A stretch of 64,000 nt of DNA. Origin: Candidatus Bathyanammoxibius amoris. GTDB lineage: Bacteria; Planctomycetota; Brocadiia; Brocadiales; Bathyanammoxibiaceae. Positions 32,957 through 42,168 of the stretch are shown in pieces. Made by a program: the position numbers and the translations under genes. The DNA lies in NCBI GenBank assembly GCA_024451685.1, contig JAMXCW010000009.1, positions 3,872-67,871 of the forward strand. Direction: 5' to 3'. The first letter of the stretch is position 1. Each line of letters starts with the position of its first letter. Below the pieces are notes generated by a model. That model had not been told where the DNA came from, did not search any database, and saw only the letters and a program-made list of their open reading frames with translations.

Positions 32957-34993
32957 CTAACTACCAGACAGCAGCTCTATTATGTCTACCACCTTCACGT
33001 CCTCTCTGTCTCTTGTCTTAAGGCCGTTTGACAGCATGGTCAGGCAGTAGGGACAGGCGGTGGCTATGATATCGGCCCCGGTCTCAAGCGCCTGGTCGGT
33101 GCGCATCTCGTTAAGATTCTTGCCAATCTTCTGTTCCATCCACATATGCCCGCCGCCGCCCCCGCAGCAGAAACTCCTGCACCTCGTGAGTTCCATCTCC
33201 TTAAAATGTCCCGTGTCGACGAGATGGCTGATTATCTCTCTCGGCTCATCGTAAATAATATTGTGCCGGCCGAGATAGCAGGGATCGTGGTACGTGACGG
33301 TCTTGCCCGCGAGGCCAGCCTCGGTTTTTTTGGTGAGCAGGTGTTTAGTCTGAGCAAGGTTTTTAGCGATGAATTCGGTGTGGTGCAGCACATTAAAATC
33401 CCCGCCGAACTGGGGGTATTCGTTCTTAAGGGTGTTGAAACAGTGGGGGCAGCAGGTGACTATGTCTTTTACGTTGTATTTCTCAAGGAGTTCAATGTTT
33501 TGTCTTGCGAACTGCTGGAAATCCATCTCGTCGCCGAACCTCCTGAGCGGGTCGCCGCAGCATATTTCTTCCGCGCCCAGGATGCCAAAGTCTACCTTCA
33601 TCTCTTTTAAAACCCTGGCAAAAGCCTGTGTCGTCCGGCTGTTCCTGTCGTCAAACGCACCCGCGCACCCTACCCAGAATAATAATGGGGTCTCTGTCCC
33701 GCCGCCCTCCGAGAGCCGTTTTATCCCAGAAAGCCCCTCCGTCCAGTCCTCTCTCCGAGCGTTATCGAGACCGTACGGGTTTTTCCGGGTGCATATCTTC
33801 TTGATAGTCCCTGTAACCTCGGCGGGGTATTTACCCTCCATTAGTCCGGGTCCCCTGCGCAGGTCTATTATCTTTTGCAGGTGTTCTATGTTTACCGGGC
33901 AGTGCCGCACGCAGGCACGGCACGTCGTGCACGCCCATATCTCCGCGTCGCTTATCTTCCCGCCGGGGAGCCGCCCGGCCATGTCCTCTTCCATCTGCGA
34001 CCTGATGTCCAGGATGATTTTCTGGGGTTTCAGGGGTTTCTCCGCCAGTGTGGCCGGGCACTGGGCATCGCACCTGCCGCATCTCATACAGGCGTCCACG
34101 TCCAGTAGCTGTTTCCATGTAAAATCCTCCGGGCTCAGCACGCCGAAGACCTGCGTTTCCGTTTCTACGTCCCCGGCGGCCTCCGTCTCAATATCCGGCA
34201 GGTCAAGCGGTTTGAGGGCGCCTTCCGGCTGAGCTGAACGTAGGAATATGTTCAGCGGCGCCGTGAATATATGCAGGAGTTTTGAGTACGGTATGTAGGC
34301 GAGAAAGACCATCGCAAGCGTCATATGGAGCCACCAGAGGGCGGTGTGTATCGCAAGCAGTTTGTCCGTCGTAATCGTGCCGGCGGGGCCGTCGCCCCCT
34401 GAGAAGACGGCAATAATGAGGAGTGAATAGGCGTACCCCACCGGGGAGTATATGGCCCACACGGGTTGAGTGGCGGCTATCCTTGCCCCTTCGACCAGGA
34501 AACCTGTGATAAGTATAACCAGCAGCAGGCCCAGGACGATGGCGTCGTCCCGCCGGTTTTCCAGAAACTCTTCCTCGGACAGATAGTGTCTGTAGGCGGC
34601 AAGCAGTACGCCGACGAGAAATAATGCCCCGAAGACGTCCAGGGTGAAGGAGTAGCAGAGATAGAAATTGCCGTAGAGTATCTTCCATCCCAGATGCAGT
34701 TGCAGGGCGATAAGACACGTGCCGATAAACAGCACGGTGAAGCCGAAGAACATAAGGGCGTGGGTCACGCCGGGAAAGGTCTCACGGAGTATTTTGCGGT
34801 GTCTGAAGATCGTCCATAAAGTGGACGTCAGGCGGCTGGAGAGCTGGCCGAACGGGTCTTCTTTCCGGCCCGCGGACCACAGCCTGACGCGCCGGTACAT
34901 GCCGTATAAGAAGATGACGAGTGCGAGGGCAAAGACCGCATAGAGCAGCGTGTGATGCCCGACATTCCAGTAAATCTCTCTCGTGGGGGTCAT
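32957..34993 (-). CDS. Membrane-bound Fe-S oxidoreductase (cytochrome-b-like TM domain + 2x[4Fe-4S] + two CCG domains), ETF:menaquinone oxidoreductase type
   Basis: About 6 N-terminal TM helices, CMRCGRCDAQCP and CTTCRACVRHCP motifs, and CCG motifs ICCGDPL and FCCGGGGGH. Confidence 0.8.
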   Translation of the reverse strand: MTPTREIYWNVGHHTLLYAVFALALVIFLYGMYRRVRLWSAGRKEDPFGQLSSRLTSTLWTIFRHRKILRETFPGVTHALMFFGFTVLFIGTCLIALQLHLGWKILYGNFYLCYSFTLDVFGALFLVGVLLAAYRHYLSEEEFLENRRDDAIVLGLLLVILITGFLVEGARIAATQPVWAIYSPVGYAYSLLIIAVFSGGDGPAGTITTDKLLAIHTALWWLHMTLAMVFLAYIPYSKLLHIFTAPLNIFLRSAQPEGALKPLDLPDIETEAAGDVETETQVFGVLSPEDFTWKQLLDVDACMRCGRCDAQCPATLAEKPLKPQKIILDIRSQMEEDMAGRLPGGKISDAEIWACTTCRACVRHCPVNIEHLQKIIDLRRGPGLMEGKYPAEVTGTIKKICTRKNPYGLDNARREDWTEGLSGIKRLSEGGGTETPLLFWVGCAGAFDDRNSRTTQAFARVLKEMKVDFGILGAEEICCGDPLRRFGDEMDFQQFARQNIELLEKYNVKDIVTCCPHCFNTLKNEYPQFGGDFNVLHHTEFIAKNLAQTKHLLTKKTEAGLAGKTVTYHDPCYLGRHNIIYDEPREIISHLVDTGHFKEMELTRCRSFCCGGGGGHMWMEQKIGKNLNEMRTDQALETGADIIATACPYCLTMLSNGLKTRDREDVKVVDIIELLSGS

Positions 34994-35604
34994 GAAAAGA
35001 TATTATAGCCTCAAAGGCGTTTAACGGACATTCTTAATTGCTCGTGTTGTAGTGTGACCTCTAGAAAAGGCCCTGCATTTTAAAACCTACCCGGGAGAAA
35101 AATATAAAAGCGTCTATTCCTGTAATCTTTCCTTTACACTGAAAATCCTTGCCCCGGGACATACGTAATATACGTAATTTCAGCTTGATAAAATACGCTA
35201 AAGACGTAACACTTCTATTGTTATCAATGGTGAGATGGTGGCATGGACAATGTGTTTCTGAAGTTTGAAGATAATCCGGAGGCGGAACGGGGGGAGAGGT
35301 GTTGAAGGGACTATCGCCATTCCAGGGCTACTGATTGCAGCTACAAATCCTGTAGCTAAATCTACAGAATTTGTAGTATGCATGGTGTCCCGGTTTAAAG
35401 CAGGTCGTTCTACCGGTGGCAGGGCGTTACAAGTAAGTAATGATGCGCCAGTATGATACGGTTGCCGATGTGGCGTCATAAATGCGCTTTTAGCGTATTT
35501 GTATCCACGATATCATTTGGTACGTTTTTTGCAAGGGTGTACTTTGTGAGATGTACGTCATTCATGATGCCGTTGCTGTATTTCGGAGAAGGGAGAAAAC
35601 AACA

Positions 35605-37923
35605 ATGACGTTCAACCTAAAGTACGTGTGGGTGATGGTTGTATCGTTTCTTTTTGCCGTTTCAGCTTTTGCAGCGGATTACCAGGGAAGTTTAACCTCA
35701 CCGGATTCTAGTCCTGACGTCGAGGTGACAGTAGCGACTCAGGGCGACCGGTGGTGGAGTAACGTAGAAATTAATCTAAAGAATGCCGCGGTATATCCGC
35801 TGGATTTTACAGACGGCACGATAGAATTTGATACACCTGCCCATGTGGGCAGCGTTTGGGGCGATTTCCAGCCCCTGTCGTACCCGTCTAACATAGCGGT
35901 AAATTCGGCACAAGGCGGCGGCGACTTTCATAATGTTGTGGTGTTGACTTTTCCCAGCGGTTCCTGGGTGAATACAACGCTACCGGCCGGCGGTAGCATT
36001 ACCATAAAGTTTGGCCTTTCAGCCGGAGTTAGTCCTTCGGATCTCAAGAATGTCAAAGTGTTCTTAGGTAATGTGCTACCACCAGGGGGAAGTGACGGCA
36101 TGATTAACCTGGTTGCGCCCGGTATGCCCGCAGGCGATGTCAGCGGTAAGCGTCCAAACGTAGACATCAAAGGTCCTAACGGTTATGAGACATCCGTTAG
36201 TTTGAATTGGCAGGAAAGAAGGACGGTGGACAATTTAGTTTATGGTGATTATACAGTCTATGTTAATGACGTGGGCGTCTATCAAGCTCAACCGGCAGAG
36301 CAGCGCATCTCGCTCAGTACATCTCAGAAGACGGCGGATGTCACCTGGCAATATGTAAGGCCTATACCGGCTGAAGTATCCATTGTGATGCCAGAGGCAC
36401 CTTTATCGGGGTTAACGGCACGAGATATTTATTTACAAAACGTGACTACCGAAGCTCAGAGGAACGTTCAGGCCGGGTGGGGGGAGACAACGGGAGTTAG
36501 TGACCTGACATCGGGCGATGGCTACAAGGTGTGGACACAGTCCTTCAGTGCGAACGGTATCGAGTACACTCCGAATTACACGGAAAAGAATCCACTTGAA
36601 TTTTTGGCCTCATCAAATAACCCCGCTACCGCCACGCTTAGCTATGACGAGGAGGCGATATACTCCGACGTTGCGGTTAACGTAGAGGTAACCGGGTTGC
36701 CGGATAGCTCAGCGGCGGTCACGGTCACGTTAACGGGGACTGACGGCACCGTTTACACTCATCAAGTCTCGTCAGGTGCCCACGCCTTTGATTACGTGGC
36801 GGTGGGCCAATACAATGTGGCAGCCAGTGATTATGAATCTGGTGGTGAGGTATACCGTGCGTCGATTACGAATCCTTATAACATCAGCGAGAGTATTACC
36901 ATTCCCATTCAATACAAAAGCGGCGAGGGCTCTGGAAACGGAAACTTCTATGCGCCTTATGTTGATCTGACGTTAAACGTTCGCTGGGATCCGGCAACAG
37001 GCGGGATGGCCCCGGTTGATCTTGCAGGGCTTATGACGGAGTCTGGTGTAAAACATTTAGTTCTTGCCTTTGTGGTTGCGTCAACTGATGGGTCACATGA
37101 ACCGGCCTGGGGTGGTTATGCAGAGTACGCCGTGGCCCAGGGATTCGGCAGGGAAACGATCCAGGACGTAAGAGTGCAAGGCGGGGACGTGATTATTTCA
37201 TTTGGCGGCTTTCTTGGGACGTATTTGTCTCAGGCGTGTACGAACGTGCCGGAATTAGTAAATGCCTACAAAAAAGTCATCAACATGTACAATGCGCAGC
37301 ATATCGATTTTGACGTTGAAGGTACGCAGGTCGCCGACGTGGTGGCAATGCAAAGGATGGTTGATGCGCTCGTCTTGATACAAGGGGAGTATCCGAATCT
37401 GAAAATCGGTTTTACCTTACAGGTTGCGCCAAAGGACGGGTTAAATCCGGCCGGTGCGGCAGTACTGAGAGACGCCGTTAATAAGGGCCTGCGATTTGGC
37501 CTGGTGAATTTAATGACCATGGATTATGGTGGATGGAACACCGATTATCAGCCGGATAAAATGGCGCAGCATGCCATGGACTCGGCGCAAAAGACGTTTG
37601 AATACTTAGGGACGCTGTATCCCAACAAGGCTGATGGTGAAATCTGGTCGTTAATAGGACTTACACCAATGATTGGTGTGAATGATGTTTGGTACTATAG
37701 TAACGTGCCGTCACCAGCACCTGAACGATTTACACTAAACGACACGGACACGATTGTTGAGTGGTCTAAGGACAAAGGAATTAAATTTTTGTCAGGCTGG
37801 TCATTAAACCGTGACCACCCGTGTGACAGTACATGGGCGAATAACCACTGTACCGGTGCCGTTGACGGCCAGAGAATGCAACAGTATGATTACGAGTTTG
37901 CAAGGCATTTTGTTGGGTTTTGA
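35605..37923 (+). CDS. Secreted multidomain protein with a C-terminal GH18 (class III chitinase-like) domain
   Basis: Signal peptide MTFNLKYVWVMVVSFLFAVSAFA, N-terminal beta-rich modules, and the GH18 catalytic signature HIDFDVEG. Confidence 0.65.
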   Translation: MTFNLKYVWVMVVSFLFAVSAFAADYQGSLTSPDSSPDVEVTVATQGDRWWSNVEINLKNAAVYPLDFTDGTIEFDTPAHVGSVWGDFQPLSYPSNIAVNSAQGGGDFHNVVVLTFPSGSWVNTTLPAGGSITIKFGLSAGVSPSDLKNVKVFLGNVLPPGGSDGMINLVAPGMPAGDVSGKRPNVDIKGPNGYETSVSLNWQERRTVDNLVYGDYTVYVNDVGVYQAQPAEQRISLSTSQKTADVTWQYVRPIPAEVSIVMPEAPLSGLTARDIYLQNVTTEAQRNVQAGWGETTGVSDLTSGDGYKVWTQSFSANGIEYTPNYTEKNPLEFLASSNNPATATLSYDEEAIYSDVAVNVEVTGLPDSSAAVTVTLTGTDGTVYTHQVSSGAHAFDYVAVGQYNVAASDYESGGEVYRASITNPYNISESITIPIQYKSGEGSGNGNFYAPYVDLTLNVRWDPATGGMAPVDLAGLMTESGVKHLVLAFVVASTDGSHEPAWGGYAEYAVAQGFGRETIQDVRVQGGDVIISFGGFLGTYLSQACTNVPELVNAYKKVINMYNAQHIDFDVEGTQVADVVAMQRMVDALVLIQGEYPNLKIGFTLQVAPKDGLNPAGAAVLRDAVNKGLRFGLVNLMTMDYGGWNTDYQPDKMAQHAMDSAQKTFEYLGTLYPNKADGEIWSLIGLTPMIGVNDVWYYSNVPSPAPERFTLNDTDTIVEWSKDKGIKFLSGWSLNRDHPCDSTWANNHCTGAVDGQRMQQYDYEFARHFVGF

Positions 37924-38021
37924 GAGATGAAGTGTAGGTTAAGCGACCAATAAATATATGCTGGTAATTGGTCGTTGGACTCTCACAAAAAAGACACTTC
38001 CGCTGAGGTCTCAAGGCTTAG

Positions 38022-39362
38022 TCAGCGCATGCCTTTTTCCACCTCTCGAAGTGTCTCCTCAAATATGGCCAGCGCCTTATCGGCATCCTTCTTTGTGATG
38101 GTCAGCGGGGGAGAGAAGCGGATTGAGTTGCGCCCGCAGTCCAGGAGCAGGAGACCTTTCCGGAAGGCCCCTTCAACGACCTTGTTCCTTTCTTCTATCG
38201 CCCGTTTTTTTGTATTTTTGTCGGTGACCATCTCGACGGCGATCATAAGCCCCTTGCCCCTCACGTCGCCGATAAGACGGCTGGTGGCGCTTATCACGTG
38301 CAACGCTTTTATGATATAGTCGCCCATCTGTGCCGCGTTTTTTATCAGGCCGCCTTTAAGGAGGTCTATTGTGGCGAGCGCCGCGCTGCAGCTTACCGGA
38401 TTGCCGCCAAAAGTGCTCGCGTGGGCGCCCGGCGGCCAGTCCATTATCTTGCCGCCCGCCACAGTCGCCCCGAGCGGCATGCCGGAGGCGATACCCTTGG
38501 CCAGGCATATTACGTCCGGCGTCACGCCGAAATGTTCGATGGCCAGCATCTTGCCCGTCCGCCCCATCCCCGACTGGACCTCGTCGGCCACGAACAGTAT
38601 ACCGTACTTCTTGCAGAGCTTCTTGAGTTCCTGGTGGAACTCCTTCGGCGGCACGATGTAACCGCCCTCGCCCTGTATGGGTTCGACGAATACGGCCGCC
38701 ACCTCCTCCGGGTGCACGTGGGTTGCGAAGAATTCCTCTTCAATCCATTTGACGCAGGCAATCTTGCAGCCGGGATAGGTCAGTCCGTAGGCACAGCGGT
38801 AGCACTCGGCATAGGGCACGTGTACCACCCCCGGCATAAGCGGCGCGAAACCCTTGCGCAGGACGGGCTTACTGTTGGTGAGCGAGAGCGCGCCCATGGT
38901 CCTGCCGTGGAAGGCGTTTAAGAAGGCGAGAAGATAAGGACGTCGGGTGTGGTGGCGCGTGAGCTTTATGGCGGCCTCGATTGATTCCGCGCCCGAGTTG
39001 CTGAAAAACACCTTCTTGGGAGACGGCCCCGGACAGACGGCGTCAAGCCTCTCGGCAAGCGCTATTTGCGGGGGGTTGTAAAAGTCCGCCCCGGACATGT
39101 GGAGCAGTTCCTTTGACTGCCGGGTAATGGCCTTTACTACCTCCGGGTGGCAGTGTCCGGTGCTGGTAACGGCTATCCCGGCGGTAAAGTCCAGGTATCT
39201 GTTGCCGTCTACGTCCTCAACCATGGCACCGCTTGCCCCTTTTACCATCAGGGGGTAGACCTTGCCGGATGAGGGCGAGACGTATTTCCGGTCCTTCCTT
39301 AACAGCTCTCTCGCCTTTGGCCCCGGCGGCGGTACTTTTATAAATGGATATTCTTTAGGCAT
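38022..39362 (-). CDS. Class III PLP-dependent aminotransferase (4-aminobutyrate/acetylornithine aminotransferase-like)
   Basis: FVADEVQSGMGRTG, with the PLP lysine in DVICLAKGIASG; the N-terminus is typical of GabT. Confidence 0.85.
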   Translation of the reverse strand: MPKEYPFIKVPPPGPKARELLRKDRKYVSPSSGKVYPLMVKGASGAMVEDVDGNRYLDFTAGIAVTSTGHCHPEVVKAITRQSKELLHMSGADFYNPPQIALAERLDAVCPGPSPKKVFFSNSGAESIEAAIKLTRHHTRRPYLLAFLNAFHGRTMGALSLTNSKPVLRKGFAPLMPGVVHVPYAECYRCAYGLTYPGCKIACVKWIEEEFFATHVHPEEVAAVFVEPIQGEGGYIVPPKEFHQELKKLCKKYGILFVADEVQSGMGRTGKMLAIEHFGVTPDVICLAKGIASGMPLGATVAGGKIMDWPPGAHASTFGGNPVSCSAALATIDLLKGGLIKNAAQMGDYIIKALHVISATSRLIGDVRGKGLMIAVEMVTDKNTKKRAIEERNKVVEGAFRKGLLLLDCGRNSIRFSPPLTITKKDADKALAIFEETLREVEKGMR

Positions 39363-39381
39363 GTGCCTCTACCATATATTT

Positions 39382-39440
39382 TGTAGTTGCTTGATTTGTC
39401 AAGCCCACGTACACAAGCCCCATAAATAGGGCAGCTACAG
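39382..39440. repeat. Family C REP pair in inverted orientation
   Basis: TGTAGTTGCTTGATTTGTCAAGC (39382-39404, H1-like reverse complement) and GCCCCATAAATAGGGCAGCTACAG (39417-39440, H2 reverse complement). Confidence 0.6.
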
Positions 39441-39476
39441 AATGCGGCAAACTGCGTCGGGTCGCACTATGCAATA

Positions 39477-39989
39477 TCACTCTTTGGCCTTAAACAACAG
39501 CCAGTTCTTCTCGCCGGGTATCTTACCGCCGTGAATCTTTATGAGGAAGTAGGTGCCGCGGAGCCTTTTGCCGTTGAGCGTGAACTTTAGCTCCGTGTCT
39601 CTCTTTTCCTCCAGAAGCCCCAGGGCTCCCGCGTCCCATATCTCAACGGTGCCGGCCCCGTAGTTCCCCACGGGGATCTCGCCCTCAAAATCTATGTAAT
39701 CTATGGGATGGTCTTCTGTCTGGACGGCCAGGCGTTTTACGCCGGGTTCTTGCGGCGGGCCTTTGGGGACTGCCCAGCTCCTGAGGACTCCTCCTATCTC
39801 AAGTCTCAGGTCCCAGTGCAGCCGCCTCGCGTGGTGCTCGTGTACGACGAATCTCTTTTTGCCGGTTTTTAGATGCCCGCCATCAGGTTCCGGAGACTTT
39901 GAGAAATCCCGTCGTTTCCCGTACTCCTTTAAGTCCCCCTCGCCGCCCTTGCCACCCTTCACCGGACCTGGCTCACTCCATGGCCTCAA
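39477..39989 (-). CDS. Stand-alone LigD-type 3'-phosphoesterase (DNA polymerase/ligase N-terminal) domain protein
   Basis: KEYGKRRDFSKSPEP, FVVHEHHARRLHWDLRLE, WAVPKGP and EDHPIDYIDFEG motifs. TTG start; a GTG 27 nt downstream is also possible. Confidence 0.8.
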   Translation of the reverse strand: MRPWSEPGPVKGGKGGEGDLKEYGKRRDFSKSPEPDGGHLKTGKKRFVVHEHHARRLHWDLRLEIGGVLRSWAVPKGPPQEPGVKRLAVQTEDHPIDYIDFEGEIPVGNYGAGTVEIWDAGALGLLEEKRDTELKFTLNGKRLRGTYFLIKIHGGKIPGEKNWLLFKAKE

Positions 39990-40473
39990 TCATCCAGGGA
40001 ATTTCCTCATCGCCGAACCTGATGGACGCATCCTCGACAAGCGTCTCATACTCGCCGCGGAAAAAGTCCTCATGTTTCTTCTCCATCTTGGCCAGCTTCT
40101 CAAAGACCTTTTTGGAATCCGGGTCGGCGGTCTTTTCTTCCGCCTTCCTGTAGAACTGGTAGGCCCTTTCCTCTGCCTCGTATATGATCTTTACAACGTC
40201 TTGAAGGGCGGCGTCTTTGGGAGGTTCTTTCACCATCCTCTTTACGCGCTTCTTGTTCAACTCCGATATGTCAGGCTCGTGCCCTACCAGATGCTTGTAC
40301 CAGTTGGTCAAGATCTTCCGGTGCTCCTCTTCGGTATCGGCCATGACGCTGAGCTTCAGGCATGCGCCCTTATCGGGCAACTGTGACGCGATGGAACGGT
40401 AGAGATCCCTGGCCTTTATCTCTTGAATGATGGCCGACTCGATTATGTCCAGGACCTCTTTAGTGGGTTTCAT
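39973..40473 (-). CDS. Ferritin-like/rubrerythrin-family domain protein
   Basis: Four-helix-bundle-like sequence with paired E...ExxH-type motifs (EEEHRK, EKKHEDFF). Confidence 0.55.
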   Translation of the reverse strand: MKPTKEVLDIIESAIIQEIKARDLYRSIASQLPDKGACLKLSVMADTEEEHRKILTNWYKHLVGHEPDISELNKKRVKRMVKEPPKDAALQDVVKIIYEAEERAYQFYRKAEEKTADPDSKKVFEKLAKMEKKHEDFFRGEYETLVEDASIRFGDEEIPWMIEAME

Positions 40474-40554
40474 ATAAGGCCTCTTTTCGGACGTTGGGCA
40501 TATGTCTGAAGTAACAGGACATATTTCTTCCTATACATGACCGGGGGGGGCGCG

Positions 40555-40971
40555 CTAATCTCCCAGAAGCGCCTCCAGGTCGGCGACGTGCTCCTCCTCG
40601 TCGGCCAGGAAACCTTCCAATATGTTCCGGCTTGTGGGGTCGCCTTCCGCGTCAACCACCTTTATCCATTCCCTGTAACTCACGACGGCATCCTGCTCGG
40701 CCTTCAGATTCACTTTTATCATATCCACACCCTTTTTCGGCACATCAGGGGGATTGGGTTTTGTGGTGGGCATACCGCCCAGGGCGGCTATCCTCTCGCC
40801 CAGTTTGTAGGCGTGGTCCATCTCCGTAAAGCTCAGCTTCTTGAGAAGCTCTTTGACGCACTCGGCGTTGGAGCCCTTGTACAGGTAATGGTGCTGCATA
40901 TACTGTACGAGCGCTGTCATCTCTTCGGTAAGGGCCTTATTCAATATATCTATAATCTTCTTATTGTCCAT
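40555..40971 (-). CDS. Bacterioferritin/ferritin-like domain protein
   Basis: ILNKALTEEMTALVQYMQHH, EMDHAYKLGERI and ADEEEHVADLE motifs. Confidence 0.7.
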   Translation of the reverse strand: MDNKKIIDILNKALTEEMTALVQYMQHHYLYKGSNAECVKELLKKLSFTEMDHAYKLGERIAALGGMPTTKPNPPDVPKKGVDMIKVNLKAEQDAVVSYREWIKVVDAEGDPTSRNILEGFLADEEEHVADLEALLGD

Positions 40972-41162
40972 CTATTCTGCTCCCCTCTTGAATTATCTTT
41001 CGGTTTTTTAGCCCGTGGCACGACCCAAGTATCTACAAAAGATTTAATAAACGCCGCTCTGAAGACAAGACCTAAGTGTCGGCTATGCGACGACCTTACG
41101 ATGGGAAAATTATATCCCCACGCGCATATTATTACAAGCTGTTTCGTTCAGCTGGCCCGTTG

Positions 41163-42134
41163 TTACTCAAACAGGTATCCCTTGATAAGAGACGGGATGG
41201 TCGGGCTGATCTGGAAACGAACGGCCCACTCCTCCCCGAAACTGTCCGGTCTGACAGGCGTGTAATAACCACTCAGCCAAAGCTTTACGGGGGTCTCACC
41301 GACCTTTATCATCTTTGCGACGTTAAGGCCAACGGGAAAGGTCACCTTATCGTCATCGTCAACAGTCCAGTCAATGAGTACATCTGGATTACCCAGGCCG
41401 ACCTGCCACTCTCCGGGTAAGAAAAGCTGAACGAAATACTGTAAGTCTGTCAAGCTGACGTGCTCATCGGCCCATCCGGCGTAGGACCACTGCTGTTGCG
41501 CAAGAAGGCCGATGAACCCCCTGTCTCCGATGTAGCCAAGGAAGCCGGCGGGACCTGCCGACCACTTTCCAGCTCCCAGACGTTTGTCGCTGGCCGTCGG
41601 AAGGGTGAGTATAGGTCCAAACCCCCAGAGAAAACTACGTGCCGCAGAAGGAGCGAGGAGAGACAAAATGACCGTATCACCCATCCCACCCACATGGTCG
41701 AAATCCAATTTCGTGGTGCCGTCCTCGTCTAAGAAGCCCGATGGGGCCGCCTCTCCGAGTACAAAAGAGGCGGTTGGACGATTGATCAGGTTCCACTCCT
41801 TTGTTAACTTGAGGGGGAGCACGGGCTGGAATACCATTATGTCTGCGTCCTTGGTACCGTCTGCCAGTTTTCCTTCGCTCCAGATGTGGTTGTACTGCAC
41901 CGTAAGGTACCACAGGTCTGAGACGGGATTGTTCATTTCTTTGTTAATTTCGGTCAGAGACTTATTTTGCTGTGTTGCTGCGGGGGAGCCGGCGTCAGCG
42001 GACGCCTCACTCTTGCCCGGCGGCTTAGTCGGGGCCGAAGCCGGTCCCGCGGGCTCTTCAGCTGAGACGGCTGAAATAATCGACGTAACTACGGCAACAC
42101 AGAGAACAGTGATAAAAAACGGTGCTTTATTCAT
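41163..42134 (-). CDS. Putative outer-membrane beta-barrel protein (MetA-pathway/transporter-like)
   Basis: Signal peptide, alternating beta-strand pattern and a C-terminal aromatic residue (…GYLFE). Confidence 0.45.
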   Translation of the reverse strand: MNKAPFFITVLCVAVVTSIISAVSAEEPAGPASAPTKPPGKSEASADAGSPAATQQNKSLTEINKEMNNPVSDLWYLTVQYNHIWSEGKLADGTKDADIMVFQPVLPLKLTKEWNLINRPTASFVLGEAAPSGFLDEDGTTKLDFDHVGGMGDTVILSLLAPSAARSFLWGFGPILTLPTASDKRLGAGKWSAGPAGFLGYIGDRGFIGLLAQQQWSYAGWADEHVSLTDLQYFVQLFLPGEWQVGLGNPDVLIDWTVDDDDKVTFPVGLNVAKMIKVGETPVKLWLSGYYTPVRPDSFGEEWAVRFQISPTIPSLIKGYLFE

Positions 42135-42168
42135 CTCACTTTATCCCTCCCAAGGGGAGCTTGCCCGT

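Noticed and set aside
35187-35505. Possible ~320-bp MITE bounded by the inverted repeat AAATACGCTAAA / TTTAGCGTATTT.
   Set aside because: Only 12 bp match perfectly. A rough estimate suggests such a pair within 500 bp is expected by chance once or twice in 64 kb. I saw no target-site duplication or second copy.
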